From Tubiluchus corallicola (lineage: Eukaryota; Animalia; Priapulida), in contig JAQGDQ010000048.1 in NCBI GenBank assembly GCA_030141605.1, forward strand, positions 62,001-126,000: DNA of 64,000 nucleotides, given 5' to 3'. Positions 12,270 to 52,727 of this stretch are shown piece after piece. The position numbers and the translations under genes are program-made. Each line of letters begins with the position of its first letter. Position 1 is the stretch's first letter. The notes under the pieces were generated by a model, which did no database searches, was not told where the DNA came from, and saw nothing but the letters and a program-made list of their open reading frames with translations.

Positions 12270-12661
12270 CAGGGCCGTAGTCGGCTTTTGAAAAGTGGTC
12301 CGGCCACAGATACGGAACAGGTAGAAAAAGAATACAGCAGCAACATATAAAAGAGTATATTATTATTCATAATACAGAGTTATAATATAATAGAGCACTA
12401 CACATACTCAATGATGACATAATTGATTAAAACTTCCCAAACACACATCTGCGCCGCTCATTTCTAGCAGTAAACTCGTTCGCAATTTCCTTCAGGTCGA
12501 GAGCGTCTGTTCTATCCATATGTACATGCAAAGTCATGAGATTGTTCAGTCTAGTTTGAGTCATCGTACTCCGCAAATAAGTTTTTACTCTACGCAGGGC
12601 TGAGAATGTCTAGGCACGTATGGCAGAAAAAGTGGTCCGGCCACCGCCGACTACGGCCTTG
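12270..12661 (-). mobile_element. Internally deleted hAT transposon retaining the dimerization-domain coding end
   Basis: 16-bp TIRs cagggccgtagtcggc / gccgactacggccttg (15/16), direct subterminal aaaagtggtccggcca at both ends, flanked by caata on both sides; 12609-12427 (-) reads TFSALRRVKTYLRSTMTQTRLNNLMTLHVHMDRTDALDLKEIANEFTARNERRRCVFGKF-stop. Confidence 0.92.
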
Positions 12662-12740
12662 CAATACGTACACAAGCGATTAAAATTAAACTGCTAGTGT
12701 TTCCAAATTGCGCTTTGTTCATAGTTACAGACAACAATTA

Positions 12741-14357
<1,617 letters not shown>

Positions 14358-15452
14358 GATATGCTATTTTTGTTTGACGTGATCGCTCGTTTGTAACATT
14401 CTTTGAAACGTGTGACTAAAATTTCCAAAAGAATCACAAATAAAACTACAAAGTTTGCGTAACGATGGATATCCCCCTTCTGCACAACTCTGTTGATTGA
14501 CGAAATCATCATCTTCCCGGCGAGCATCCCGTCTGCCCTCTAATAATAATAATATTAACCATATTTTAGCCCGCTCGACAAGTTTACGTGGAAAATAGCG
14601 TCCCCAAACAAGTTTAACAGTTTTGTTCACAATCGTTCTATTACGACAAGAAAGACTAAGCTGCTTACTGTAATGTGTGTCTAAGCTCTACATGAAAATT
14701 GTGATTGCCACACTTTATTTAACATGTATAACGAGTGAGTAAGTGAGTAAAAGTGTGTGAGCGAGCATGTTAGTGAGTGAGTCAATGATGGTCAGCCTAT
14801 AAAACCTTGTAAAAGAACGTGTGTTTGTCTTTTACTTGCAGCCTATTGCTTATTGGTTTGACAAGACAATCAATTAAATATCAGGATAAGATTAATTTGC
14901 TTCTTGAAAATTGAAGCTGTTTTTGAAAATGTCAATACTCAAACATTCCTTTTCGGGAAATGACTTACATTAAATTTTACTTCATTACAAAATAATTCTA
15001 CATCGATGGTCCAGCGTCAGCCTAAATGCCTGCTTGCGCAATTGCACACAAAATGGTGAGCTCCAAAGAGGAATATTCCGCCGGCTTCAATAAATATTTA
15101 TGTATAAATTCCTTATTCAGAATCTTAATTAATAATTTTTATTTAAGTTCTTCATCGAATTATTCAATTATTTTCATTCACTCAGAGCATTCCAAGCTTC
15201 ACCGAGGAACCCAAGAACTTTGATAAGAGTAAAACTAAGTAACCGCATTTTCGCGACACATTGTGTTTATTCGTGCTGATGCTGAGCCGTTATATTACAA
15301 CGTATAAGCCAACAGTGTTATGCCAAAGTCGAGGAAGAACCTGCTAAACCATCTCCTACTACAATAGTTGTTGATGTATGTAGTATGTAGAAAATACGCT
15401 TCAGTGATTCCTGATATCAGTGATCCCTTTTAGACCAAACATCCCTGCTTAA

Positions 15453-16092
15453 AGGACAAGAAAAGGGCTACATGAAGTCGGTTTCAGAAAAATCGCATTA
15501 AAAAACTATATTACTTTACAGCAATTTTATGCATATGTCGTACCCGCGTAAAAAAGAAGTCTCCGGCAATACTGATCCGACGTCACCTACTCAAACGCAA
15601 ATCAGGGGAAGAAAACGCAATGAAAATTATGTCCCAAAAAACTTTCCATGCAAATCTGTATTACTTAGCATTTTGCTTATGGAAAGATGGAAAGACTTAT
15701 GTAACTGGAAATAATAATTTAAAATGTTTGTACCAATTGGTAAAATGTCTCTGACTCACCATCCACAGGGTGAGTCACTCTCTAACCAAAAACGTATTAA
15801 TTAATCTTATTGACAAGATACAGTCATTTAAAATTTTACTTAGTTAGTAACATATGTGCTACGAATGCTCTGATTATTTTTTCGAAATTCATACAATGTT
15901 ACCTAAACTTGTATCAAACGACCTACCATTAAAATGGCTGCGCCCAATCGTCATCGCGGAAGTTTAAATTTACAAGTTTTATATAGCATTACTGTCGACG
16001 CAAGCCCTGCATGCAAAAAGCATGGCGTAAGTGGTATAAAATTTCAAGACGAATTTTTAAAGCTTGATGTAAGTAGAGGCTTTTCTTGTGCT
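15453..16092 (+). mobile_element. Kolobok-type MITE, copy A
   Basis: TTAA at 15449-15452 and 16093-16096; TIR aggacaagaaaag / cttttcttgtgct; colinear with copies at 30297, 54465 and 58559. TTAA TSD with RR...YY termini is the Kolobok pattern. Confidence 0.85.
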
Positions 16093-16589
16093 TTAAGTAT
16101 TTAGTCCTACACAGACCAACAATTTCATATAAATGTGTCGATAAACCATAATTCAAAGTGCTGTGTAAGCGAAGCCTGCATTAAGGTCAAAAACGTATTA
16201 TTTGAAATCATGAATTAGTCAACATGTATAAAAGTGTAATAAACAACAGTAAATATGAGAAAATGCGTAAAACATCAAGCATGTTATAATTTTTATAAAG
16301 TTCTTTTATGTACTTGTAAATGTTTGTTGATTTCAGTCAATCTAACCAATTAAAAGACTATTATTACTACTACTGCCACTACCGCTGCTACTGCCGCCAC
16401 CACCACCACCACCACCACATTCTTACACTCGACTATTCTTGTGCTCGTCAGATAGGACCTTTCGTTCTTAATACTACCTGGTGGCTTCACGCGTACACAC
16501 ATACGCGCACGCGCACTCTTCTTGCACAAATAGTGAAGCCTTACTTTCTGCGCGCTGTCTTATGCGCAACTCTTGAAATGCGACGTAGA

Positions 16590-16744
16590 GTTCTCTCTGT
16601 TGGAAGCTGAGAACAAACAGGTGCAAAAATGATGTGGTGTATAGCACAAACATATTTTGAAAGTTTGTAATAATTACAGTGAAACGTGAATTGAAAGAGT
16701 TGCTCGCGGCAAATTTGGTTCAGTGGAACTTCATCATTGCACAG
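16590..16744 (+). other. Candidate non-coding first exon of spondin-1 (start approximate)
   Basis: cag/gtaaag donor at 16745; CpG-rich stretch 16485-16585 upstream; the first coding exon has its own acceptor (tttcag 22291-22296), so an upstream exon is expected. Confidence 0.35.
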
Positions 16745-18092
16745 GTAAAGCTTAAATTTATTTAAAACTTCAAAAACAGTACATTAGTAATTAACAAAGA
16801 ACATTCTTAAACTAGCAAATAAATTTTATTTACATTAATTCTTGTGCAAAACCCTTGTAACATTTTCCATTGAAGCAAGTCTTTGCGCCTGTTATTTTAA
16901 CTTTTCATTTATTTCTGTGTATAAAAACATTATACCTTAAGCATATTTGTTGACCAAAATTACTTTTAATGAAAGTTTGAATGACCAAAAAATTTTCATT
17001 GAATAACTCATAAACAGGTAAGTGGTAATTATGAGTGAAAATATGTTTGTTTTTAAAAAACAAAACAAAAAAACTAAAATATGATGGCATGTTTTACGAG
17101 GAATCATGCAAAAATAATGTGCCGTAAATGAAAAAGTAAAAAGCATAAAATGAAGGCAAAAAACGCACTGCAGAGAAAATTGAACAAATACGAAGACTTT
17201 ATGAAAAATGCAAACGAAAATGTAGAATAAGCAAAATTCACATCCCCATTATGGTTTTAGGAATTGTAATTATTGTTTTATTGTTTTAGCTTAGAATTTA
17301 ACAGGAAGGAACAGTTCTTCTTCTTAATTTCTCCCTCCAGCCTGAAAACAAACTTCATCTTTGATATTAAGTTATTATATTAAAAGTAACTTAGCTCAAC
17401 TTCTCAAAATTCCTACCTCAAAATCCATCTTCCAATCTTTATAATAAATAATAATAATAAACGCTTTATTTCACCAAAATAAACAATAATACAATTAACA
17501 AATCACAAACTTGAGTAAACAACTTATACAGAAATGCGACCCTTACAAATCCAGGGCTCTTTTTAAACATACTTGATAATGAATTTCATTGAAACGCATT
17601 GAATATCGTTCGCTGAAACATCATAATTCTGATGGGATTATAAAATCTGATTTTCTCATTACTAGAAAATCGAGATCTCCAAATTTGAGGAACTTTTGAA
17701 AGTGAAAGCTACTACTGTTTCTACCATAATTAAATGACACCTTCAAACAGGCATAACAGCAGAGTTGTAGTGGCTGTTGCTACCATCCTTGGTTGCGTTT
17801 ATTTACGTGTATTTTTTCATCAGTTGTCATTGGCCTCGTCACCACTGGTGCTGTCATCGTCTTGGTAAAATTGTTTATTAACTTGAAATCGTCATAACGG
17901 AATTTAGATTAACACTTTGTTTTTCCGAGAGTATACGATTTCAATAAAGAGGTTTGCCACTGAAGACAAATTGAAAACCTAAATCACAGTACCTTTAATT
18001 TGTCACAATTTTGGTTAGTAGTTATTCAATATGTAACAGTTAACAATGATACTTCAAATAATGCACATTTGGGTGGGGAAGTCGTGTGCAGC

Positions 18093-18367
18093 CAGTGGCA
18101 TAACTAGTAGGCCAGTGGGTTGAAGAGGTCCTTGGTCGTAAAGAAGAGCTGCTAAGTATGCCATACATGCATAAATGTTTACCAGAGACTTAAAAGCAAG
18201 AAATCATAAAGAAGAAAAACTTAAAGGCAAGATGTTACAATTTTGTAACTGATCTTAGAAATTGTAGTGCCTGCAAGGCCATAAAAATTCACCTTTGAAT
18301 GATAGAGGCCCACTGACTTATTTTGCAGGGGAAGGGGGGTGATTACAAACCCATAGTTACGCTACTG
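18093..18367. mobile_element. hAT-type MITE, old
   Basis: TIR cagtggcataacta / tagttacgctactg (12/14); degenerate 8-bp TSD tgtgcagc / tgtgtaac. Confidence 0.65.
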
Positions 18368-18820
18368 TGTGTAACGGCTTGCTGACGCGATGTTCTAAAT
18401 AATTAACTACGCGAAGGGCTTATAAGCTCCCAGATCAAAGCTTCTCCGGAAAGGAAGGAAGTAATAATGTAACAAGCCACGCCAGAGCTGTTTGATAATC
18501 CGATGATATTGCTGAGCAAACGATATTTACTAGGATTTCAGGGGTGCATATAGGGATGGGCGATAACAGGTACCTGAGCAATTTACCTAACTGAATGTAT
18601 CGTATAGTAACAATAAAATCAGGCTTCCAGTTTCTAAAATGCCCTGTATTTGGTCGATAAACAGTTCACAACTCACAACTATCAACTAATAATGGTTTAT
18701 GATAAGTTTAATAATAACAGTTGAATTTCTGATAGTAGATTTTCAGCAAACGTTCTGCTTATTAAGATTTCTGCTTTCTGATATATATATGTATATATAT
18801 ATATATATATATGTATATAT

Positions 18821-19492
18821 CACTGTAAAAAACCCTTGCTACTCTAACCCGTTAGAGTATATGATTTGAAGACTGTTTGCAAATAACTACCATTTAGTAA
18901 AAGCATGTATATCAAAAGCGCAATATAAATTTAATTGACGCAAAAATTGTGAGATCTTACTAACAGCATTCGTGAATCAAATGAATGCGAGAAATTGTGA
19001 TTGTGTGCTTCTGATTTTTACTAAACTCTGAAAGCGTGGAATTGTGCATTCATCCTATCAGCCGCATGAACTTCATGCAATGAATGAGATTCTATGATTC
19101 ATGCGAACACCAGTCATTCTATTTCTTTGGTTTTATTGGCGATAAAACAGAAGTAGTTCTTTTCTCTCTCCCGCTTTGGACTGTTTTCACGGCGTCGTAA
19201 GACCTCAGTGATTTATCGTGAATTGCTTTATATTTCTTGAAGATCTATGGGGAATTTTGCACAAATTCTTCGGTTTGTTCAATATTCGTAAATTAAGAAT
19301 ATTCGACATGTGAATAGAATCAAATTCTGAAAAACGTTTCATGAATGTGTAAGTACTCATCGCAATGGAAGCTGAAATTTTCGGCAAACACTGCTGCCAA
19401 TTTTGAAGTTTTTGCTCATGTTGACTCAATATCGCCTTCTGTGCTACTCTGCGCTATATTAATATCACGTTAGTCGTATTTTTCTTTTCAGT
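18821..19492. mobile_element. Possible degenerate CACTA/EnSpm-like MITE beside a (TA)n run
   Basis: starts cactgtaaaaaa right after the TA repeat; weak right end ttttcttttcagt. Confidence 0.3.
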
Positions 19493-22322
19493 TTTTCACA
19501 AAAATATACATAAAGCATTATAAACACAAACAACAAACAAAGGCTTTTTAATTTTCAACAATAACTGTAACCTCAACAAGAACAGCAACAACAACAGCAG
19601 CAACAATAAGTAACGCTACCTTATAAGACACTACGTGGGAAGTGCACGAACTCTTGAGCATTGGTGGGTGGGTAGCAGTATCAGCTGATAGCTATTCGAA
19701 TTGACTGATACCTTGTCTTTTCGACTTTTACCGAAATAAAAAAATAAGATGTTCATGATTAAAAGTTGCAGGAAGTTCCTGTTTTCCCCAGTACTACAGA
19801 AGGAGCCCTGTTTTGGGGCTGCTTAAGCCTATGCAGTGTCGTTACAACACTCCTTAAAAACTGCGAAGTTACAGATTACTTCTATTCATTTTAGCACTGT
19901 GTCACTAGATGTCTATTATAGAGATTGTTATTAGTTGAATGTACAGCTAACACGATTAGGAACTTATATTGTAAGAAAACTCTCGTAACACATTAACTGT
20001 AAAATTAATGTTGCTTTTAAGTTATAATATATCTGGATTATCACGAGATCTATCAATCATCTGTACTTAATATTTTAAACGAAACTTTACCTAAAACGCA
20101 CTAAAATTCAAGTATATCCTTTGCTGCTAGTAAACAAAGTGAGTGCACGTGCTCACAACGGAAACTGTGCCTTTATTAGAAATTTTGTCATGTGTATAAG
20201 CGATAGCTAACAATCACCTGAGTTTTCACTCTGGAGAAAGGAGAAAATTTCACTCTGGTTTGAAATATAAAGTCTTTGGTACTGAGATGTTAGAATTTTA
20301 AAATTTTGTCCTGCTTTCGGCAAATCTCGTGCGAAATACACACTAAAAGCCTATAATGATTAACTACAATCTAAAATCATTTATAGTTATCTGGAATTAA
20401 TATACTGTATATAATGTTAATATATACTGAGGGCGCACACAAGTTTCTTTGGCGCTTTGTTTGACGCCAATTTCGCAGCTTTCTGCTAAAGTTACGCATC
20501 ATGAGTCTTGAAAATTCGTCAATGACGTCCGATTCTAGTTCCTAGTACATGTATAAAACGTGTACTCATTATGTAAGATTGAATGATAGATAAGCAGCTC
20601 CAGTACGGTTGCTTTCTTGGTGTGTTTGTCTGAATGCTCGTCAAAGGGCAAGGTTTAACAGCGCTCATAAAGTTGAATAAGTTGTTGCAGGGATTCTCCA
20701 CGAAATTATACTCGAGAGTATAGCAGCTGATTACACCTGTTACATGCCATCGTTAAACTCAGCTTAGTTTACAGCTTAACCACTGGAAAAAGGCAAACCA
20801 GTATAAACTTTTTGACACATATTAATGTTTAACCGCTTGTTAAAATCGTTAATACTAAAGCCTCCTAGTGTGCAGTCACCATTGCGAGCAAAAAGCATAA
20901 CATTAATAAAAGACATTGTCCTTTGCTGCGAACTTTGAGCCCTTTCAGTGATTTAGCGTAAAAGCACAAATAATAAAAACTCCAGCAGATTGCACAGCAA
21001 GCAGAAGCAAAGATCCGAATTTAGTACATGTGATTCAAACAGCGACCACTGTAGCAACTGATTATATGCTATCTGGGTTGATTTATATGTGTAGTTTTCG
21101 TGCCAAACTTAGCTTTCTAAACATGCATAGTTTTCATAAGCATACAAACAAAACGAGTATCCATTCCTGTATGCAGCAATTTTACACTTATTGTTTACAC
21201 TGTTTAAGACTTTAAATTTGTCTTTTGCAGAACTAAAAGCGGTTTGTTTATTATGCATTTAACGATAGAAATAGATACGTCAAAAGACTGACATTTTTTG
21301 CAGCCTTCTGCTCTGTAGGCCCAGAATGATGAATTATCTGTTTTAAATAGCTGGTGTTCATATTATTTAAGTTATGTAAGTACAAACTGTTCGGTTTCGA
21401 ATTTCGATATACGAAATTACATTTTCCAGTCTCTATTTAGCTTCAAAAAAACGAAAACGTAATTTTGTAAATGAGCAAAGGCCTCGCAGGTCGTAAATCT
21501 GGCAAAATGCATTTCTTATTTCAAATTTCTGGTGTACACTTATTTTCTACGTGACCATAAGATGTGTAATAGGTAGAGCCAGGCTGACGAATTAAATTTC
21601 GTTGAACTGTGTCGTTAGACCGAGTGTAGTCGCAATTTCACAAATTTTCGTCATAAAAATATGCAGCCATTTTTGCTCTTTTGCTGAAGCTTGTTCATCA
21701 TAAGGCACATCACTGTCACATCTCAGTACAATCCCAAATGGAGATGTCACGGAGTATTAATAGCATGGAATATAACGTTATAGAGATCTTGACCTTACGC
21801 TAAGCGGTGCGATTGCTGTATTGCAAGATTATCTAATACATACTTTGATCACAATCAATGTTCTGGGTAAGATACTGACAGAAATTACAGTTGCTAGTAC
21901 TTTCATCATTCTTGATATACAAATGAAAGAACTGCAAAAAACGAGATTAGCGTGTTTTTAGGCAGTAACTTCTGAGATAGGCTGAGCTAGCAAGATTTAA
22001 ACATGCGAAAGAGATATCAAGCAGCAGCAGTACTATCGTGAATTATTGAAGCCAATACTCATGAATACCGTGTTTCGTGAGTTGCCATCCTATCCAAAGT
22101 TGAGAATCCGATGCCTAATAATGCGCAAAGAAGAATTCTGCTCTAAGGGTCTCAAAACCTGTGGTTCACTAACAGAGGAACGAATTTTCAATTCAGGAAC
22201 TACAGAATTTAGGAGAAAAACATTAAAGCGGAAGACATAACATAAAGATCAATTAATATTTAGCATCTAAAGTACCTTTTCTTCTTCACTTTTCAGTGTG
22301 CGTCTACGGAGTTTCTTTAAAA

Positions 22323-48609
<26,287 letters not shown>

Positions 48610-50371
48610 TACAGTTCACCTCCACTAACAGCAGTGATTTGTTGATATTGTCTTATTTAGTATACTTTGAGTTTAAGCATTTACAGAAACATTTTCTTTT
48701 TTTATGCAAATGCCTGAAGTATAAACTCCGTAGAGCACAACCAGTCTGACAAGAAGGTAAAGGGGAGAGGAAGATGAAGAAAAAAACTGAGAACGTGTAC
48801 ACGTGTGAACAAGAGAAAGGGAGAGACAGAGAGTGAGAAAGGGTGGAAGATACATAGACCTATTTTTAAGAATGAGAGAGGTTTGAAGAAAATGTTAACG
48901 ACCTACTCTTATGTTGTTGATGTTGCATTGTAGTAAAACTGTGTTCCTGTTTTTCGCCCATAGTGACTGTACTTCTAATTTTATTTACTAGTTTTATGTC
49001 ATAAAAGGGTTTTTGCTTAAGTTAATCTTAAGTTTACAAAATGTTTCTGTCTTGAGCAAATTCTCCTTTGAATTCGAAAGATAATGCTATGCAGAGATTA
49101 TACCAAATTCTTGGTTTTAGCATGTCCGCGTGATTTCTCCTATTTCTAAGCTGAGTAAAAGATAGTCCGCTAATAATAATTTTAATGGATCGTGATAGAG
49201 GCTCTTAAATTTTTCACCTTTCAGTCATCAAGCATTTATAACTACCAACAAAAAATGTCAGCACAACGTTACTTCTAAACAGCAAGAATGCTGATAATGG
49301 ATTTGTTATATGTACGTTTTCTGAACCTTAAAGCTTTGGAAATGTTTTGGTTTCCCTGAATGTTATATTCGTACTACCTAACCATTATTTCGAAATTAAC
49401 TTCAAAAGCAGGTGATTTATTATAATAATTTTAGTATCATCACCTTCTTTTGATTTCTGCTTTTTCTGGAATGTCTTCATTTTGTCGTCACTCATATTGA
49501 ATGACAAGATTTATCTCTGTAAAAATGATAGATATTTTTGTATAGGCACTGTGTAGAATTGTGTAGATTTATTTATGTGCTACCCTATAATATTGTTTAT
49601 TGATGATTGTCCAGTTTACTACAGTCTGCTGTGCAATTAATTGAGAAATGATTGGTGATCGTTCTAGTGCATAATAGAACGGTTGACATTTATATAGGTT
49701 AAGTTACTACTCATCCAGCTTTCTTACATTATCGGAAAGCATGCGCTCGTTGAAGAATATTCAGTAGCTTTATCATCATCATCATCATCATCACCATCAT
49801 AATTATTTTTATTGCGATCGTCATCACTACCGCCGCAGCCACCACTAATTCCACCACCACCAAAATCAAATGAATGAATCGTAAATTCTTAATTGGCGAT
49901 TTTGAATATCCGCCTTCTTACAGAGAAATACAAAATAAAACGACACGATGAGAAAATTTAACAATTTTCAGCTGTCATTTTTACTGGCATCGTCAAGATA
50001 GGTTCATTTTGCTCTAACAACAAGCTAAACTTTAGCGCACCAGTAGGCCAGTGCATGTTATTCAAAAATAACTGCATATTGCGTAAATAAAGCCTGTATA
50101 TAGGTGCATTTATGATTATGAACGAAATAAATATAAATTGCAATTTGTAAATATCACCCATTACCGGAGGTTTTTAGAGGCACACATTCTAATTGGCATG
50201 CGCGACATTGTGCGTACTAACCATCTGTCTGGGTAAATTGAGTTTATCTAGAAACATTGTATGCTATTGCTGCAGTGTTTAATTACTATTGTTAAATTAA
50301 TCTGCTGAAAACCTACATTGAAACGCTGTACATTGAACTGCATTTTTGTACATAATAATTATATAATGTGC

Positions 50372-50377
50372 AATAAA
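50372..50377 (+). terminator. Candidate polyadenylation signal of spondin-1 (about 1.8-kb 3'UTR)
   Basis: AATAAA preceded by TGTA elements and followed by GT-rich sequence; other AATAAA near 49935 and 50086. Confidence 0.45.
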
Positions 50378-50754
50378 AATGATATTTTTTCAGCTGCGAA
50401 TGCAGTGTCTTGACATTTTGCGACATATTTATTTGAATCTGCAACCTGCAGGTCATTTAATTGATTTATAGACTATGTATAAAGAAGACCGAGTCTAGTT
50501 ATGACACTCTTGGTACATAATTGTAGCTATATCACTTTAAAGAAAAAGTGGAAACAAACGTTTTTGTGTTTTTTAAACCAGCAACATCTGCTTCCTAAAA
50601 ACACCACACCGTCTTATAAGGTGTAACTGTTATGAGGCAGAACCAAAGCACGAAAGGCACCATACCGTGGCAACTTGACCCGTATCAGTGAAAGTTGTTA
50701 CAGGCAATATTCCATCTGCGTGTCTCTCTCGAACTGCGTCCTCCCTCCCTCCCC

Positions 50755-50829
<75 letters not shown>

Positions 50830-50850
50830 AATCTCTCTCTCTCTCTCTCT
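50755..50850. repeat. (CT)n microsatellite
   Basis: direct reading. Confidence 0.97.
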
Positions 50851-51313
50851 AGCACTGTTTCATTAATTATATCATAATTTACTTAGCCAAAGTTTTATCC
50901 AATTATTGTAAATAATAATAATTGTAAACAACAATTGTAACTTATGCTTTGTTCTTGTCTCAGTATTTGGCCAAAAACTGTCAAAAAATGTTTGACTTTT
51001 GTAGATTGATAATTTATTGACATGAACACCCCGGCCGATCAAAATAATAGTAAACATTTCATATAATAATTTACAGGCATGTTCGGATAAATTTTGCCTC
51101 TGCACGTTGTATTAGGGTGTTTTGGTATTGCATTAGCATTAGACAAAAAAATTTTAAAATTTTCATCTAAAGCATTAAAAGTAAGATACAGAGAAACTGT
51201 GTCAACATGAATTACGTTCAACATAAATGACATCTCGTTGTATTTCAACCAGTACGAAAAAAATGGCATTCATCTTCAACCACATTACTAACACTACAAA
51301 CTCTATTTTACGC

Positions 51314-51544
51314 GGAAGAAAAGGGAATGTTAAAGTATTGCTCTTTTGAATTCGAAAGATAAAGCTGTTGCGGTGATTATACCAAATTCTTGGTTTTAGC
51401 GTGCCCGCGTAATCTGCCATATTAAGCAGAGTAAAAGATAGTTGGCTAATAATAGTTATAATGGATTGATGGGATGCTCCTAAATGCTTCCTATTTCAGA
51501 CAATAAGTATTTCTAATCAATACTTTAACATTCCCTTTCCTTCC
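51314..51544. repeat. 27-bp inverted repeats enclosing a diverged copy of 49067-49245
   Basis: 51314-51340 versus 51518-51544 match 26/27 in reverse complement; interior colinear with the spondin 3'UTR segment. Confidence 0.85.
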
Positions 51545-51824
51545 CTTTTAACGTTTGGCAATTGAGACAGGGTTGACAAGGCCACCAGTTCCATATGAAA
51601 AAAAGAATGCAATGTTGCTTGCATGGTTGTTGAAGATGAATGTTATTTTTCATTGTATTGCTCGAAACAGAACGTTCCATACCATAGCCAATAATTTTTC
51701 AATAAACTGATTGGGCATATCTTGCAAGCCATGTTAAGTCTATATTACTTCTTGGCAAAATATCCAGTAAAGATGCTCTCCGTTTCAGTAGAAATGAAAA
51801 TGAATGACGGTTTGATCACGGTTT

Positions 51825-52181
51825 GGCCGGCTCTAGGTAGTGCGGCGCCCTAACAAAAGTATTTTAGCCCCCTAAATGGTCATTTCGTTGCCCCACGGTC
51901 CCCACCCCACCCCAAAATTGAATTTTCGTTGTATATTTATAATTAAATATAATGGTACCTTCGTGCTAATCATTTATTGTACCTATTCTGCTCCTCAAGG
52001 CTTCGATTCTTATAGGTTTTTCTGCCATAATTAGATAAAGCATAACTTGATAGTATTTACCTCCGAGTTAGCGTCAATGCACCAAGCATTTTGACAGAAG
52101 ACGAAAGTGTAGTAGTAGTTCATTTCATTTAATTAAAGGCGCCCTGGGCAACTGCCTGACTAGCCTAGTGAGCCCCTCCCT
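51825..52181. mobile_element. Degenerate hAT-like MITE
   Basis: ggccggctctagg...ggcgccct start and ggcgccctgggcaactgcct...gcctagtgagcccctccct end; TSD not recognisable; a similar left-end fragment lies at 47038-47112. Confidence 0.4.
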
Positions 52182-52727
52182 ACACGATCACCGTCATGTG
52201 TTTCTAGTAGATCATTTGAGCCTAGCAGCGTAATGATGGTCCTTGGATGGCAACAGTTTTCTATTGTCGAGATTTTACTCATCTAAGAGTCTGAAGTAGA
52301 TACATTTTTATAACGCTCACACGTTTTTTATTGTTGTGATAATGTGATTTAATAGTTCTATTAGTTTACATTTAATTTCTTATTAGTTATCATTGAATTT
52401 CTATTAATTGTTAATAGTTCTGATTTAATCGGTTTTTTATTTGCTACATAGCGTTAGTATTTCAATTTTTCTATTTTGTCTGCACAGATTTTATGCTAAT
52501 TTACCAACTCGTGTTTTTTTCTTTTACAACATCAACTTGAATTGAATCGAAAATCAATACCATGTTCTGCATAGCGGATATTACATTTTCTGGTATTACA
52601 TAATTCTTCTTTACCCTTAACACATTGCATTAAATGTTGCTGAGATGTAGCAATTAACTATACTTGGGTTCAATACTAAAAGTATTCTGAGCCAGGGTGA
52701 TTTTATTAATAAAATACCCGATCTACT

